Program-made: the position numbers and the translations under genes | Source: Trichodesmium erythraeum IMS101 | GTDB taxonomy: Bacteria; Cyanobacteriota; Cyanobacteriia; Cyanobacteriales; Microcoleaceae | Length of the DNA stretch: 32,000 nt | Reading direction: 5' to 3' | NCBI RefSeq assembly: GCF_000014265.1 | Contig: NC_008312.1 | Coordinates: forward strand, 4,710,001 to 4,742,000 | In this document: positions 16,584-25,115 of the stretch, in pieces | Numbering within the stretch: the stretch's first letter is position 1 | Layout: the number at the start of each line of letters is the position of its first letter | Notes under the pieces: generated by a model | What the model was told of the DNA's origin: nothing | Seen by the model: the letters and a program-made list of their open reading frames with translations, nothing else | Databases searched by the model: none

Positions 16584-16895
16584 TTAATTAGAAGAATCTT
16601 CTAAGTTTATTTTTTCTGTTACTTCTTGTGTTGTTTTATTATATTCTTCTTCTACTTCTTCTAATATATCTTCAAAATTTTTGTCACTTGTAGGTTTGTA
16701 ATAAGCAATATCTGCTAAGGCTTGCCCCAATTTGCCTTCACGAATTTTTTGCATCATTATTTTTTTGTTTTCTTCCTTTGACAGGTTAGGATTAAAATAA
16801 CCTTTTAGAGCGTCAAGAAACTTTTCTGGACTTAAGGAAGGTACTACAGTATTTAGTATTTCAAATGCTATTGTAGTTGGATTATTAAGATTCAT
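16584..16895 (-). CDS. Hypothetical small acidic protein (103 aa), first gene of the minus-strand cassette
   Basis: ATG is preceded by GGAG at -12 to -9 (ggagtcaaatctATG). The C-terminus is acidic (EDILEEVEEEYNKTTQEVTEKINLEDSS). I recognise no family. Confidence 0.6.
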   Translation of the reverse strand: MNLNNPTTIAFEILNTVVPSLSPEKFLDALKGYFNPNLSKEENKKIMMQKIREGKLGQALADIAYYKPTSDKNFEDILEEVEEEYNKTTQEVTEKINLEDSSN

Positions 16896-16938
16896 AGATT
16901 TGACTCCTATTTAATATGTAGACATACATGGACTGGAA

Positions 16939-16998
16939 TGACTTTTTTTTGGACATTATTTCTGACTTTTTTTTTGGTATTTTTGACTTTTTTTTTGG
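16939..16998. repeat. Three direct repeats TGAC-T(8-9)-GG upstream of the cassette
   Basis: tgacttttttttgg (16939-16952), tgactttttttttgg (16963-16977) and tgactttttttttgg (16984-16998), with spacings of 24 and 21 bp. They lie 45-105 bp upstream of the ATG at 16895 (minus-strand view CCA(8-9)GTCA). Confidence 0.6.
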
Positions 16999-17327
16999 TA
17001 ATTGGTTTGGGAGATGGACGTTTTTTATCATTTTTATAATAGTTTTGGTAGTTATTGCTTTTTGAAACTTACAGATACATACACAAACTTATCCAATCTT
17101 AGATTACAAGGATGTGTATTATTATATAGTTTTTTTTTGTTCTAAATTTCCCTTATAAAATCTAATTTTATCTTAATTTTAATACTTAGATTTTCCGTTA
17201 ATTTCTTAGTAGTTATTTTTTTCTTCTCCAATTCCACGGGTTAATTTGTTGATTTGTTGGCAATCCCCAAAATCCTACTTGTTTATTTTGTGCTTTTTGT
17301 TGTGCCACTGCCTGCTGTCTCCAGGTG

Positions 17328-17499
17328 GGTGGTCTGGTATTTTAAAAGTGTTACAGCATATAAAAACCCAGACTAAATAAAATAATACACTTGTCTATTA
17401 TTTTTGACAAGTGTTTTTTTTTATTATTTATTTATGTTTTGAATTTTTGATATAGCTTGCTGTGGGTGTTGTACCCGAGGGGGTGATCTGGTATTTTAA
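17328..17499 (+). repeat. Two copies of an 18-bp motif GGTG(G/A)TCTGGTATTTTAA bracketing the hairpin
   Basis: The copies lie at 17328-17345 and 17482-17499, with 17/18 identity. Looser similarity extends upstream (ctgctgt...). The second copy abuts the TTG start of the primase-polymerase-like ORF. Confidence 0.6.
17387..17422 (+). terminator. Rho-independent terminator-like hairpin (possibly bidirectional)
   Basis: ACACTTGTC-(10 nt loop)-GACAAGTGT followed by T8. The upstream flank is A/T-rich (aaataaaataat), so the minus-strand version also has a partial U-tract. Confidence 0.55.
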
Positions 17500-17502
17500 G
17501 AA

Positions 17503-18135
17503 TTGACAAAAAGACTAAAAATAACAGATCAATTGAATATTACACCGAGTACTTATTTTTTACAAGTGTTTTCACATAGGAACTCTCCTATTAGAAAAAC
17601 CGACGGATGGTTCACTTGTAAAAATTATCTAACCGACGATTTACTAATATCCCTCTGGAATTCCCCGACAGACATTATCGGCGTTAGATTTGGCCCTAAA
17701 ACCAAATACTGTCTGTTAGACATTGACATAGACTCCCCCCATCATCCCCGAAACTCAAATAATCTAAGAAATATCCTCGGTTGTCTTGAAGATGTTGGCC
17801 TAATAGACCCCGTTCCGATCCAATCCTCCGACTCCGGCTGCCTATATATTTATTACTTCTTACCTGAATTAGTTCCAACCTTTGGGCTAGCCAGTCTATT
17901 ATCTAATACCTTAATCTCTGCCGGGTTCGACATAAAAAAAGGCCATTTAGAGATATTTCCAAACCCTAAAACATATATTGATACTGAAAATCATAGGGAA
18001 TATTCCAAATATAATGGCCATCAGAGATATTGTTATCAGAAACATCAGAAGAAGCTAATGAGTACTTGTTTGATTTAAAAGAGAGGCAAGGAAAAAGTAA
18101 ATATGGGAAATTAACACTATGATCGGCAACAGATT
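17503..18135 (+). pseudogene. Decayed primase-polymerase (AEP)-like or replication-protein-like gene
   Basis: The 191-aa ORF (TTG start) contains KYCLLDIDIDSPHH (DxD-type motif) and PIQSSDSGCLYIYYFLPE, which resembles the sGG.H.yf motif of AEP/prim-pol N-domains but has substitutions. The end of the ORF looks out of frame. A better-looking continuation (WPSEILLSETSEEANEYLFDLKERQGKSKYGKLTL*) lies in another frame, which implies a frameshift. Confidence 0.4.
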
Positions 18136-19188
18136 CCACAACTGACCATTACAAAAGGTTTGGCTTCGCTGGAATATATGAAATATAGGTGCAACAGTAA
18201 AACTTAGTTGGGTTTTGAGTTGCTTCCGCAGGAATTGAAAATACTTTTCACTTGGTTGATAGGGCAACTTATCAACCTTATTTTTTTTAGGAGGAAATAT
18301 GTCAACTTGTATTGTTTACTCTGACGGGATAAACCCAAGGACAAACGCTTGGGAAGTAATAGAGAATTTGTTAGTTGAACTCATGAAAAACAACGAGCAA
18401 ATAATTTTATTTAACAGAAATTCATTAGATCAGTTCACTCAATTTTATCTTACAGCAATTTTCAGGTAAATAGACCACAGTGGTTGAACCAACCGAAGGC
18501 ATCATCTTCAGTAATGAAATTTACAACTTCAGCCATTGCTTGCTCCAGTGATTCATGGGTACGTGCCTCACAAGAACGGAGAAATTGCTTCAGTTTCGAC
18601 CAACAAAGCTCACACTTGTGATAAATCAGGAGAGTAAGGGGGCAAAAACTTGACTTGAGCACCGACGGACTCAATGGCAACTCTGACACGTTCAGCATGA
18701 TGAACCTTGAGATTATCCATTACCACGATTGCCCCTTGCCACAACTGAGGTAGTAAGACCTGGGTTTAATAAAGTGATAAATACCTCAGTATTTGTACTT
18801 CCTGGTACATTCATCGACGCAATCAGTCCATCCAGGTTCAAAGCACCAATCAAAGAAACATTTCCACCCTTGCTACCTGGGATACTACCAACAGCTCGTT
18901 CCCCATCTACGGCTCTGGCGAATAAACAAGACATTGACAAATTTATTCGGGCTTCATCAACAAATACTAAATTTCTGACATCAATTTTATCTAACCAACG
19001 TCGATAGTCATGTCTTAACTCTTGGACTCTTGGGGTATCTTGCTCACTGGCATAAAGACTTTTTTTTTGCACCGTAAGCCTAATTTTTCTACGGCGCGAT
19101 GCATGGTGGAGATACTCACCCTAATTCCTGTTGTTTCTTGATAGCGAGCGCATAATTCTCTCAGCAATAAGTCATTTTTCTCCTCTAC

Positions 19189-19540
19189 CGGGACTTTAGT
19201 GAAAAAATAGTAAAAAAAAGGGTATAATGTATACCTGATATGTATTTTACGTTAATTACTGGCCTGGGAAAAGTTTGATGAAAGAAACAACTTCAGTGGC
19301 CATGCCCTCTTGTTTCCATCGATGGTGCGATCGCTTTAACAATGTCTTTAAAACAAAAGCCCAAAAAACAGGGTTTAGGGAATATATAGGAGGATTACTC
19401 TTGAGAAAGCGATCGAAAAAACTTGTCTCAAATTGCCAACAACACTGTAGGTCACACGTACCACAAATTACGGCATTTTCTAGTTCGAGCAAATTGGTCT
19501 GTAGATGCTGTGAATGAGCGTCGTCTTCAAGTAATGTGGG
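19189..19540 (+). mobile_element. IS701-like element, 5' fragment (first approximately 352 bp)
   Basis: It starts with the terminal repeat CGGGACTTTAGTG and appeared identical to the first approximately 352 bp of the complete copies wherever I compared them by eye. It ends abruptly at ...gtaatgtggg. The left flank is CTAC. Confidence 0.85.
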
Positions 19541-19698
19541 GGTAGTCCTGTATATGTAGTGATAAAATTACAGTGAAGCGATCGCTTCATTATAATGATT
19601 AATGAAATACCAAATAGCTCCTAGATGGTTTTCTAGCTTTTTAGAAAAGGATAAAGTCTTTCTGACCAACCGAGAAATTCTTTGACGCAAAGTATTAT
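19541..19698 (-). mobile_element. IS1-family element, terminal 158-bp fragment
   Basis: Minus-strand translation gives NTLRQRISRLVRKTLSFSKKLENHLGAIWYFINHYNEAIASL*. This parallels the C-terminus of E. coli IS1 InsB (…[39 protein letters not shown]). The putative end repeat ggtagtcctgtatatgtagtgat lies at 19541. Confidence 0.7.
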
Positions 19699-21074
19699 CG
19701 GGACTTTAGTGAAAAAATAGTAAAAAAAAGGGTATAATGTATACCTGATATGTATTTTACGTTAATTACTGGCCTGGGAAAAGTTTGATGAAAGAAACAA
19801 CTTCAGTGGCCATGCCCTCTTGTTTCCATCGATGGTGCGATCGCTTTAACAATGTCTTTAAAACAAAAGCCCAAAAAACAGGGTTTAGGGAATATATAGG
19901 AGGATTACTCTTGAGAAAGCGATCGAAAAAACTTGTCTCAAATTGCCAACAACACTGTAGGTCACACGTACCACAAATTACGGCATTTTCTAGTTCGAGC
20001 AAATTGGTCTGTAGATGCTGTGAATGAGCGTCGTCTTCAAGTAATGTGGGAACGTCGCCAAACAAAACCTTCTCGATCCTATTGCTTTAATTATAGACGA
20101 TTCAGGCCACAGAAAAAGTGGTAATTTTACTGCAGGAGTAGGGCGGCAATATATAGGAGAAATAGGAAAAACAGATAATGGTGTAGTCGTGGTGACAACT
20201 CATCTTTATGATGGAGTTAAAAGTCTACCTTTAGACATAGCTTTGTATCAGAAAGCTGATTCTTTTCCAAAAGGAAAAAAAGACCCAGAATTTGTCAAGA
20301 AACCAGACGAGTGCAATGTCTCTAGTAGATCAATGTTTGTCCAGAGGACACCAACCAGAAATTGTGTTAATTGAAATTTGGCTATGGTAACAATACATCA
20401 TTCTTAAATCAACTAGAGAAAAGAAGTTTAACTTATATAGGAGGATTAGCTAAAAATCGAAAAGTCATCATTAAAAAACAAGATGACATTAAAGAGGAAA
20501 TTAGATTAGACAAGCTGGCAGAAAGTATACCTCAGAAAGCTTTCAACTTAGTTCAACTAAGTACAAAAAATGCTAGAGAAGTTTGGGTAGCTACATTAGA
20601 AGTAGAAATATCTAGGATGTCAGGTCAAAAAACTATAGCTATCGTTATGAATGCTAAAAGTTTTTCTGAGGCCACTGATATTAACTATTATATCACTAAT
20701 AGAGAAGACAAATATGTAACTCCTGAGTGGATATATTCTACTTATTCTCAAAGAAATTGGGTGGAAGTTTTCTACAGGGAAGCCAAAGGATGGTTAGGAT
20801 TAAGAGAATATCAAGTCAGAGATAAAATCAGCCTTAAAAGGCATTTTATTTTAGTATTTTGTGCTTATACATTTATTATCTGGCATCAGTTAACAGGAGG
20901 TATAAGAAGGCGTTGGGCTAACAAACCATTAAATACGTTTACTGATACTTTAGAAGCATTTCGTACCGCAATATCTTATCGTTTTGTTGAGTGGTTAGAT
21001 GAAAACATCGACGTATTTACCGCTCATAAAGAGAGTTTAGGGTTTGTTTGGGCTTGAAATTTGCTAAAGTCCCG
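19699..21074 (+). mobile_element. IS701-like (IS4 superfamily) element, complete copy 1 (1376 bp)
   Basis: Terminal repeats are CGGGACTTTAGTGAAA... and ...TTTGCTAAAGTCCCG. The right flank CTAC matches the left flank of the 5' fragment at 19185-19188, a 4-bp target duplication spanning the composite. Size and the 4-bp duplication fit the IS701 family. Confidence 0.85.
19785..21057 (+). pseudogene. IS701-like transposase broken into at least 5 frame segments
   Basis: Track ORFs 19785..20027, 19933..20124, 20189..20374 and 20371..21057, plus my reading of intervening frames: ...LIIDDSGHRKSGNFTAGVGRQYIGEIGKTDNGVVVVTTHLYDGVKSLPLD..., AMSLVDQCLSRGHQPEIVLI, FGYGNNTSFLNQLEKRSLTYIGGLAKNRKV. Together these form one transposase only if about 4 single-nucleotide frameshifts are bypassed. 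Confidence 0.8.
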
Positions 21075-21536
21075 CTACCAGAGATTTGATGATGTTGAGA
21101 TTATCATAGGAAATTATTGGCTGCTGATATCCTCCACGTCGTTTGGCCTCAATTTGTCCAAGAGTAACGATAATGACGCAACAAATTTCGTACCATAGAC
21201 AAGCTGACCTTAAATCTTTCAGCCAACTGACGTTGAGAGCCTTCTTTTGCTTCCCAAGCTATAATCACGCGACGACGCAAATCACTCGAATACGATACTG
21301 GCATTAAATTTAACAATTACATCAAACCCATTTTACCGCACTTTGTGGTTCAATTACCTGAAAAGTGCTGTAAAACCTAAGATGCAGGAGTTAAATTGAA
21401 ACATCTTTATGCAATTTTTGAAACTATGGCATACTCAAAACTCTAAACACTTATTCCCCTCTGCGAATTTTTAGTGCTCCCCTGATGGTCTGTGGTCATA
21501 ACTTTTTGTCTTTAAGGCTAATACACTATTTTAAAA

Positions 21537-21566
21537 TTGACACGCTACTACAAATTTCTAATAATT
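21537..21566 (+). promoter_or_regulatory. Candidate sigma70-type promoter for the 780-aa gene
   Basis: TTGACA (21537-21542) followed by a 16-17 nt spacer and TAATAA/AATAAT, about 125 nt upstream of the ATG at 21692. This is a motif match only. Confidence 0.25.
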
Positions 21567-21691
21567 AATGCTAGTATAAAGTAAAATATTATCACTAAAA
21601 ATACAGATTTTTAGCTTAATTTATTGTTTAATAAACTTATACCTACTTTTACTAATAAATGAGGTACTGATAACTGATAATTGAAAATACT

Positions 21692-24034
21692 ATGAATAAT
21701 GAAACTGATACTCCTGTTAATACCGACAATTATTTATTAAGAAGCGTACATACAAACAATTTCCCTAAAATTTTAGATCAGCTAGGCATATCTTTAGTTG
21801 TTTCTACTTATCAAGCAGGTAAATTAATTGTATTGCGTGCCGATAATGGAGTAATTAATACTCACTTTCGAGCCTTTAAGAAACCTATGGGATTAGCAGT
21901 AACTAACGAAAAAATTGCTCTGGGAACTGCTTATAAAATTTGGGATTTTCGTAACGTTCCAGCAGTAGCAGAGAAAATAGAACCCCAAGGGAAATATGAT
22001 GCTTGTTATTTACCAAGAAATATTCATATAACTGGAGATATTGATATCCACGAAATGGCTTGGGTGAAAGATGAATTATGGTTTATTAATACTCGTTTTT
22101 CTTGCCTTTGTACTCTCGGTCATCCTAATAGTTTTGTGCCCAGATGGCGACCTCCTTTTGTCACTGGATATGACTTAACAGACCGGTGTCATTTAAATGG
22201 ATTTTGTTTAAAAAATGACCTACCAAAATATGTCACAGCTTTAGGAGAAACTGATACTGCTGCTGGTTGGAGAAAGAATAAAGCTAATGGGGGAATATTA
22301 ATAGATATAGAAACAAATGAAGTATTAATTCGGAACTTATCTATGCCTCATTCTCCTAGATGGTATCAAGAACAATTATGGTTATTAGAGTCTGGTAATG
22401 GTAGTCTGGCAAAAGTTGATTTAAACCAGAGAAAATTACGAACAATTGCTAAATTACCAGGGTTTACTCGCGGTATAGATTTTTGGGGAAATTTAGCATT
22501 TATTGGTTTGTCTCAAGTTCGAGAAACTGCTGTTTTTACGGGTATGCCTATTACTGAACTTCAAGAAAGAATTTGTGGGGTTTGGGTGGTAAATATTTTA
22601 ACTGGAGAAACTATCGCTTTTTTAAGATTTGAAGCTGGAGTTCAAGAAATTTTTTCTGTGGCAGTTTTGCCTAATATTCGCTTCCCAGAAATTATTGAAT
22701 GGGATGAAAATTTATTAGCAAATTCCTATGTTTTACCTGATGAAGCTTTAGCAGAAACAATCAAAACAACTGTAGAAATAGCTATGGCAGAAACTCATTT
22801 ACTTAAAGGAAATAAATTATATCAAAAAGGTGAATTAGTAGAAGCGATCGCTGCATATCAAGAATGTTTGAAGTTACAACCAGATTTGACAATAGCGAAA
22901 TATAATTTGGGAGTTGCTTTAGGAGATAATCAACAATATGAAGCAGCAATTAATGTTTTAGAACAGGTAATTAATACAGAACCAGATAATGCCGATGTTC
23001 AAAATAGTATTGCTTATGCTTATAGTCAAAAAGGTGAATTACACAAAGCAATTAAACATTACGAAAAAGCAATTTATCTCAACGGTAATTTTGCCAAAGC
23101 ACATTTTAATTTAGGCATAACTTTGTTAAAAAATGGAGATTTAAAACGAGGATTTGCAGAATGTGAATGGCGCTGGCAAACAGGACAATTTACACCCTTT
23201 CAATGTCCTCATCCACGATGGAAAGGGGAAGATATTAGCAATAAAATTTTATTAATTCATACTGAGCAAGGAGCAGGAGATGCTATTCAATTTATCCGTT
23301 ATGTTCCTTTAGCAGCAAAACTTTGTCAAGGTATTATATTGGTCTGTCTACCAGAGTTAATTCCTCTATTTAAAAATATCCCAGAGATTGATAAATTAAT
23401 GCCACCAGGAGAACTAAAATTATCAGAGTTTGATATCTATGTACCCTTAATGAGTTTACCCTATATTTTCGGCACAACTTTAGAAACAATTCCTGCCAAT
23501 ATTCCCTATCTTCAATCTACAAATAGCAACCCCATAAATCTTACTAATACTCAATATAAAGTAGGCATTGTTTGGAGTGGTAGTTCTACTCATAAAAATG
23601 ATGGTAATCGTTCTTGCAAAATCACAGACTTTTTACCTATTTTACAGGTACCAGGAGTCAAATTTTATAGTCTACAAAAAGGAGAAAATAGGCAAGAATT
23701 AACTCAAGTTCCCAGTAATATTCAGATAGAAGATTTAAGTTATCAGTTAAACAATTATGCTGATACAGCAGCAGTAATAGAGCAACTAGATTTAGTAATT
23801 ACTGTTGATACTTCTGTGGCACATTTAGCAGGAGCATTAGGTAAAAATGTATGGAATTTATTATGTTTTAATCCGGACTGGCGTTGGTTACAAGAAGTTG
23901 AAGATACTCTTTGGTATCCAACCATGAAATTATTCCGTCAGTCTCAGTCAAGAAAGTGGCAAGAAGTTATTGAAAAAGTTCAGGAACATTTGTGGAAAAT
24001 TATCACAGGAAACATGATTATTAGTAATAAGTAA
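21692..24034 (+). CDS. Fusion protein: TIGR03032-family N-domain + TPR repeats + GT9-like (heptosyltransferase-fold) C-domain
   Basis: 780 aa. The N-terminal approximately 340 aa (SVHTNNFPKILDQLGISLVVSTYQAGKLIVLRA..., DIHEMAW...ELWFINTRFSCLCTL, RWRPPFVT...DRCHLNG, MPHSPRWY...LWLLESG) match what I recall of TIGR03032 proteins. The middle has TPR repeats (AIAAYQECLKLQPD..., AIKHYEKAIYLNGNFAKAHFNLG). The C-terminus (LLIHTEQGAGDAIQFIRYVPL..., VGIVWSGS..., LVITVDTSVAHLAGALGKNVW) resembles GT9-like domains commonly fused to TPRs. Confidence 0.85.
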   Translation: MNNETDTPVNTDNYLLRSVHTNNFPKILDQLGISLVVSTYQAGKLIVLRADNGVINTHFRAFKKPMGLAVTNEKIALGTAYKIWDFRNVPAVAEKIEPQGKYDACYLPRNIHITGDIDIHEMAWVKDELWFINTRFSCLCTLGHPNSFVPRWRPPFVTGYDLTDRCHLNGFCLKNDLPKYVTALGETDTAAGWRKNKANGGILIDIETNEVLIRNLSMPHSPRWYQEQLWLLESGNGSLAKVDLNQRKLRTIAKLPGFTRGIDFWGNLAFIGLSQVRETAVFTGMPITELQERICGVWVVNILTGETIAFLRFEAGVQEIFSVAVLPNIRFPEIIEWDENLLANSYVLPDEALAETIKTTVEIAMAETHLLKGNKLYQKGELVEAIAAYQECLKLQPDLTIAKYNLGVALGDNQQYEAAINVLEQVINTEPDNADVQNSIAYAYSQKGELHKAIKHYEKAIYLNGNFAKAHFNLGITLLKNGDLKRGFAECEWRWQTGQFTPFQCPHPRWKGEDISNKILLIHTEQGAGDAIQFIRYVPLAAKLCQGIILVCLPELIPLFKNIPEIDKLMPPGELKLSEFDIYVPLMSLPYIFGTTLETIPANIPYLQSTNSNPINLTNTQYKVGIVWSGSSTHKNDGNRSCKITDFLPILQVPGVKFYSLQKGENRQELTQVPSNIQIEDLSYQLNNYADTAAVIEQLDLVITVDTSVAHLAGALGKNVWNLLCFNPDWRWLQEVEDTLWYPTMKLFRQSQSRKWQEVIEKVQEHLWKIITGNMIISNK

Positions 24035-25115
24035 AACTTTGACTAAGCTATAAATTTAAGTCTTATGCACTCAAATAAGAAACCGGGTTTATTACTCTAA
24101 TTATTATTTTTCACTATCACAAAATTTTGTCTATCAACCTAGTTTTTGCTTAAGCCCTAATATTATAAGTTTATAAGTGAAGTATGAAGTATTTTACAAA
24201 TATAATATTTATTAATGATTTAATTTTAATTTATTAATATTTAATATTAATTTTATTTATAATTAATAATAATAAATAGTATTAAAAACCCTAAGTTTTT
24301 ATAAGGTTATATCTATTTTGGCAAAAACTATAGATATTTATTAGCATTATTATATTTAAGTAAATTTAACTGCTAATATAAAGTCAAGTTTACTGCTGAT
24401 AAAAAAATAAACTTTGCTAATTTTTTCTATGAATTTTATTTAATTTTGATTGTCTAACTATTAACTGAAAAACATATAATCTTTTGTTAGGTCTAAGTTT
24501 TATAGCAAGGTTTGAAAAATGAAAAATGTCAAAAAATAATGCTTGATATTTGAGTAAAAATACTTACGAAAAAATATTACTTCTAACATTTTTATTCTCA
24601 GTAATTGTTGATAAGTATTTTGTATTTTGGTTACTCAAATAGCTACCCAAGAGTTATTGTCTTGATCCAGGCTTAGACGAAGTCCGTGGAATTTCGATAA
24701 TGCATCGTGGTAGAAAACTTTTATACCACATTGGGAGATATCCCCAAAGCTGGTTAAACCTTGCTATATGTTTTTAACAAATGTCAGTATTCACAGTATT
24801 GGGAAAAATTTATTCTTATTGGATATAGTGGCATTGAATTAGTAGTAACCTGATTAAAATTAACAGATGAATTAGTCTAAGTAAGAATTCACTCTATTTG
24901 CCTAGCCGTAATTTTTAATCGCTTCGGTAGAGGGTAGTAGTGAGTAGGTAAGGATGTTGAATAGAATTTTTGTAACCAGTAAGAAATAAATTTACTCCAC
25001 CTACTTTTATTTGGGTTTTATTTATAGGTAAAAAAGTGGAAATTACTCAAGCGATCGCCCTAACTCCTGAGCTCCTTCCTCAACCCCGACTTATTTATAC
25101 TGAGTCTAGTATTAA

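Larger units (their letters stand above)
18451..21372 (-). mobile_element. IS630-family element, type 2, copy B, split by a nested IS complex
   Basis: It has the same termini as copies A and C, with TA at both ends. It is inserted near the 3' end of a 53-codon ORF (ATG 18299, MSTCIVYSDGINPRTNAWEV...). The body is 18451-19188 plus 21075-21372. Transposase fragments 18462..18698 and 18713..19072 share their frameshifts with copy C. Confidence 0.85.

Noticed and set aside
17696-18267. Minus-strand ORFs 17696..17878 and 18055..18267
   Set aside because: They are antisense to, or overlapping, the prim-pol-like relic and have no features of real genes.
19256-20065. Minus-strand ORFs in the IS701-like elements (19256..19492, 19766..20065, 25183..25482)
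   Set aside because: They are antisense to the recognisable transposase N-terminal region and show no family resemblance.
24035-25115. 1.1-kb extremely AT-rich spacer, scanned for tRNA, ncRNA and terminators
   Set aside because: No cloverleaf-compatible sequence was found (no GTTCRANYC-type T-arm). Only weak inverted repeats are present, e.g. AGTAGGT...ACCTACT with a 50-nt loop. Nothing is supportable by eye.
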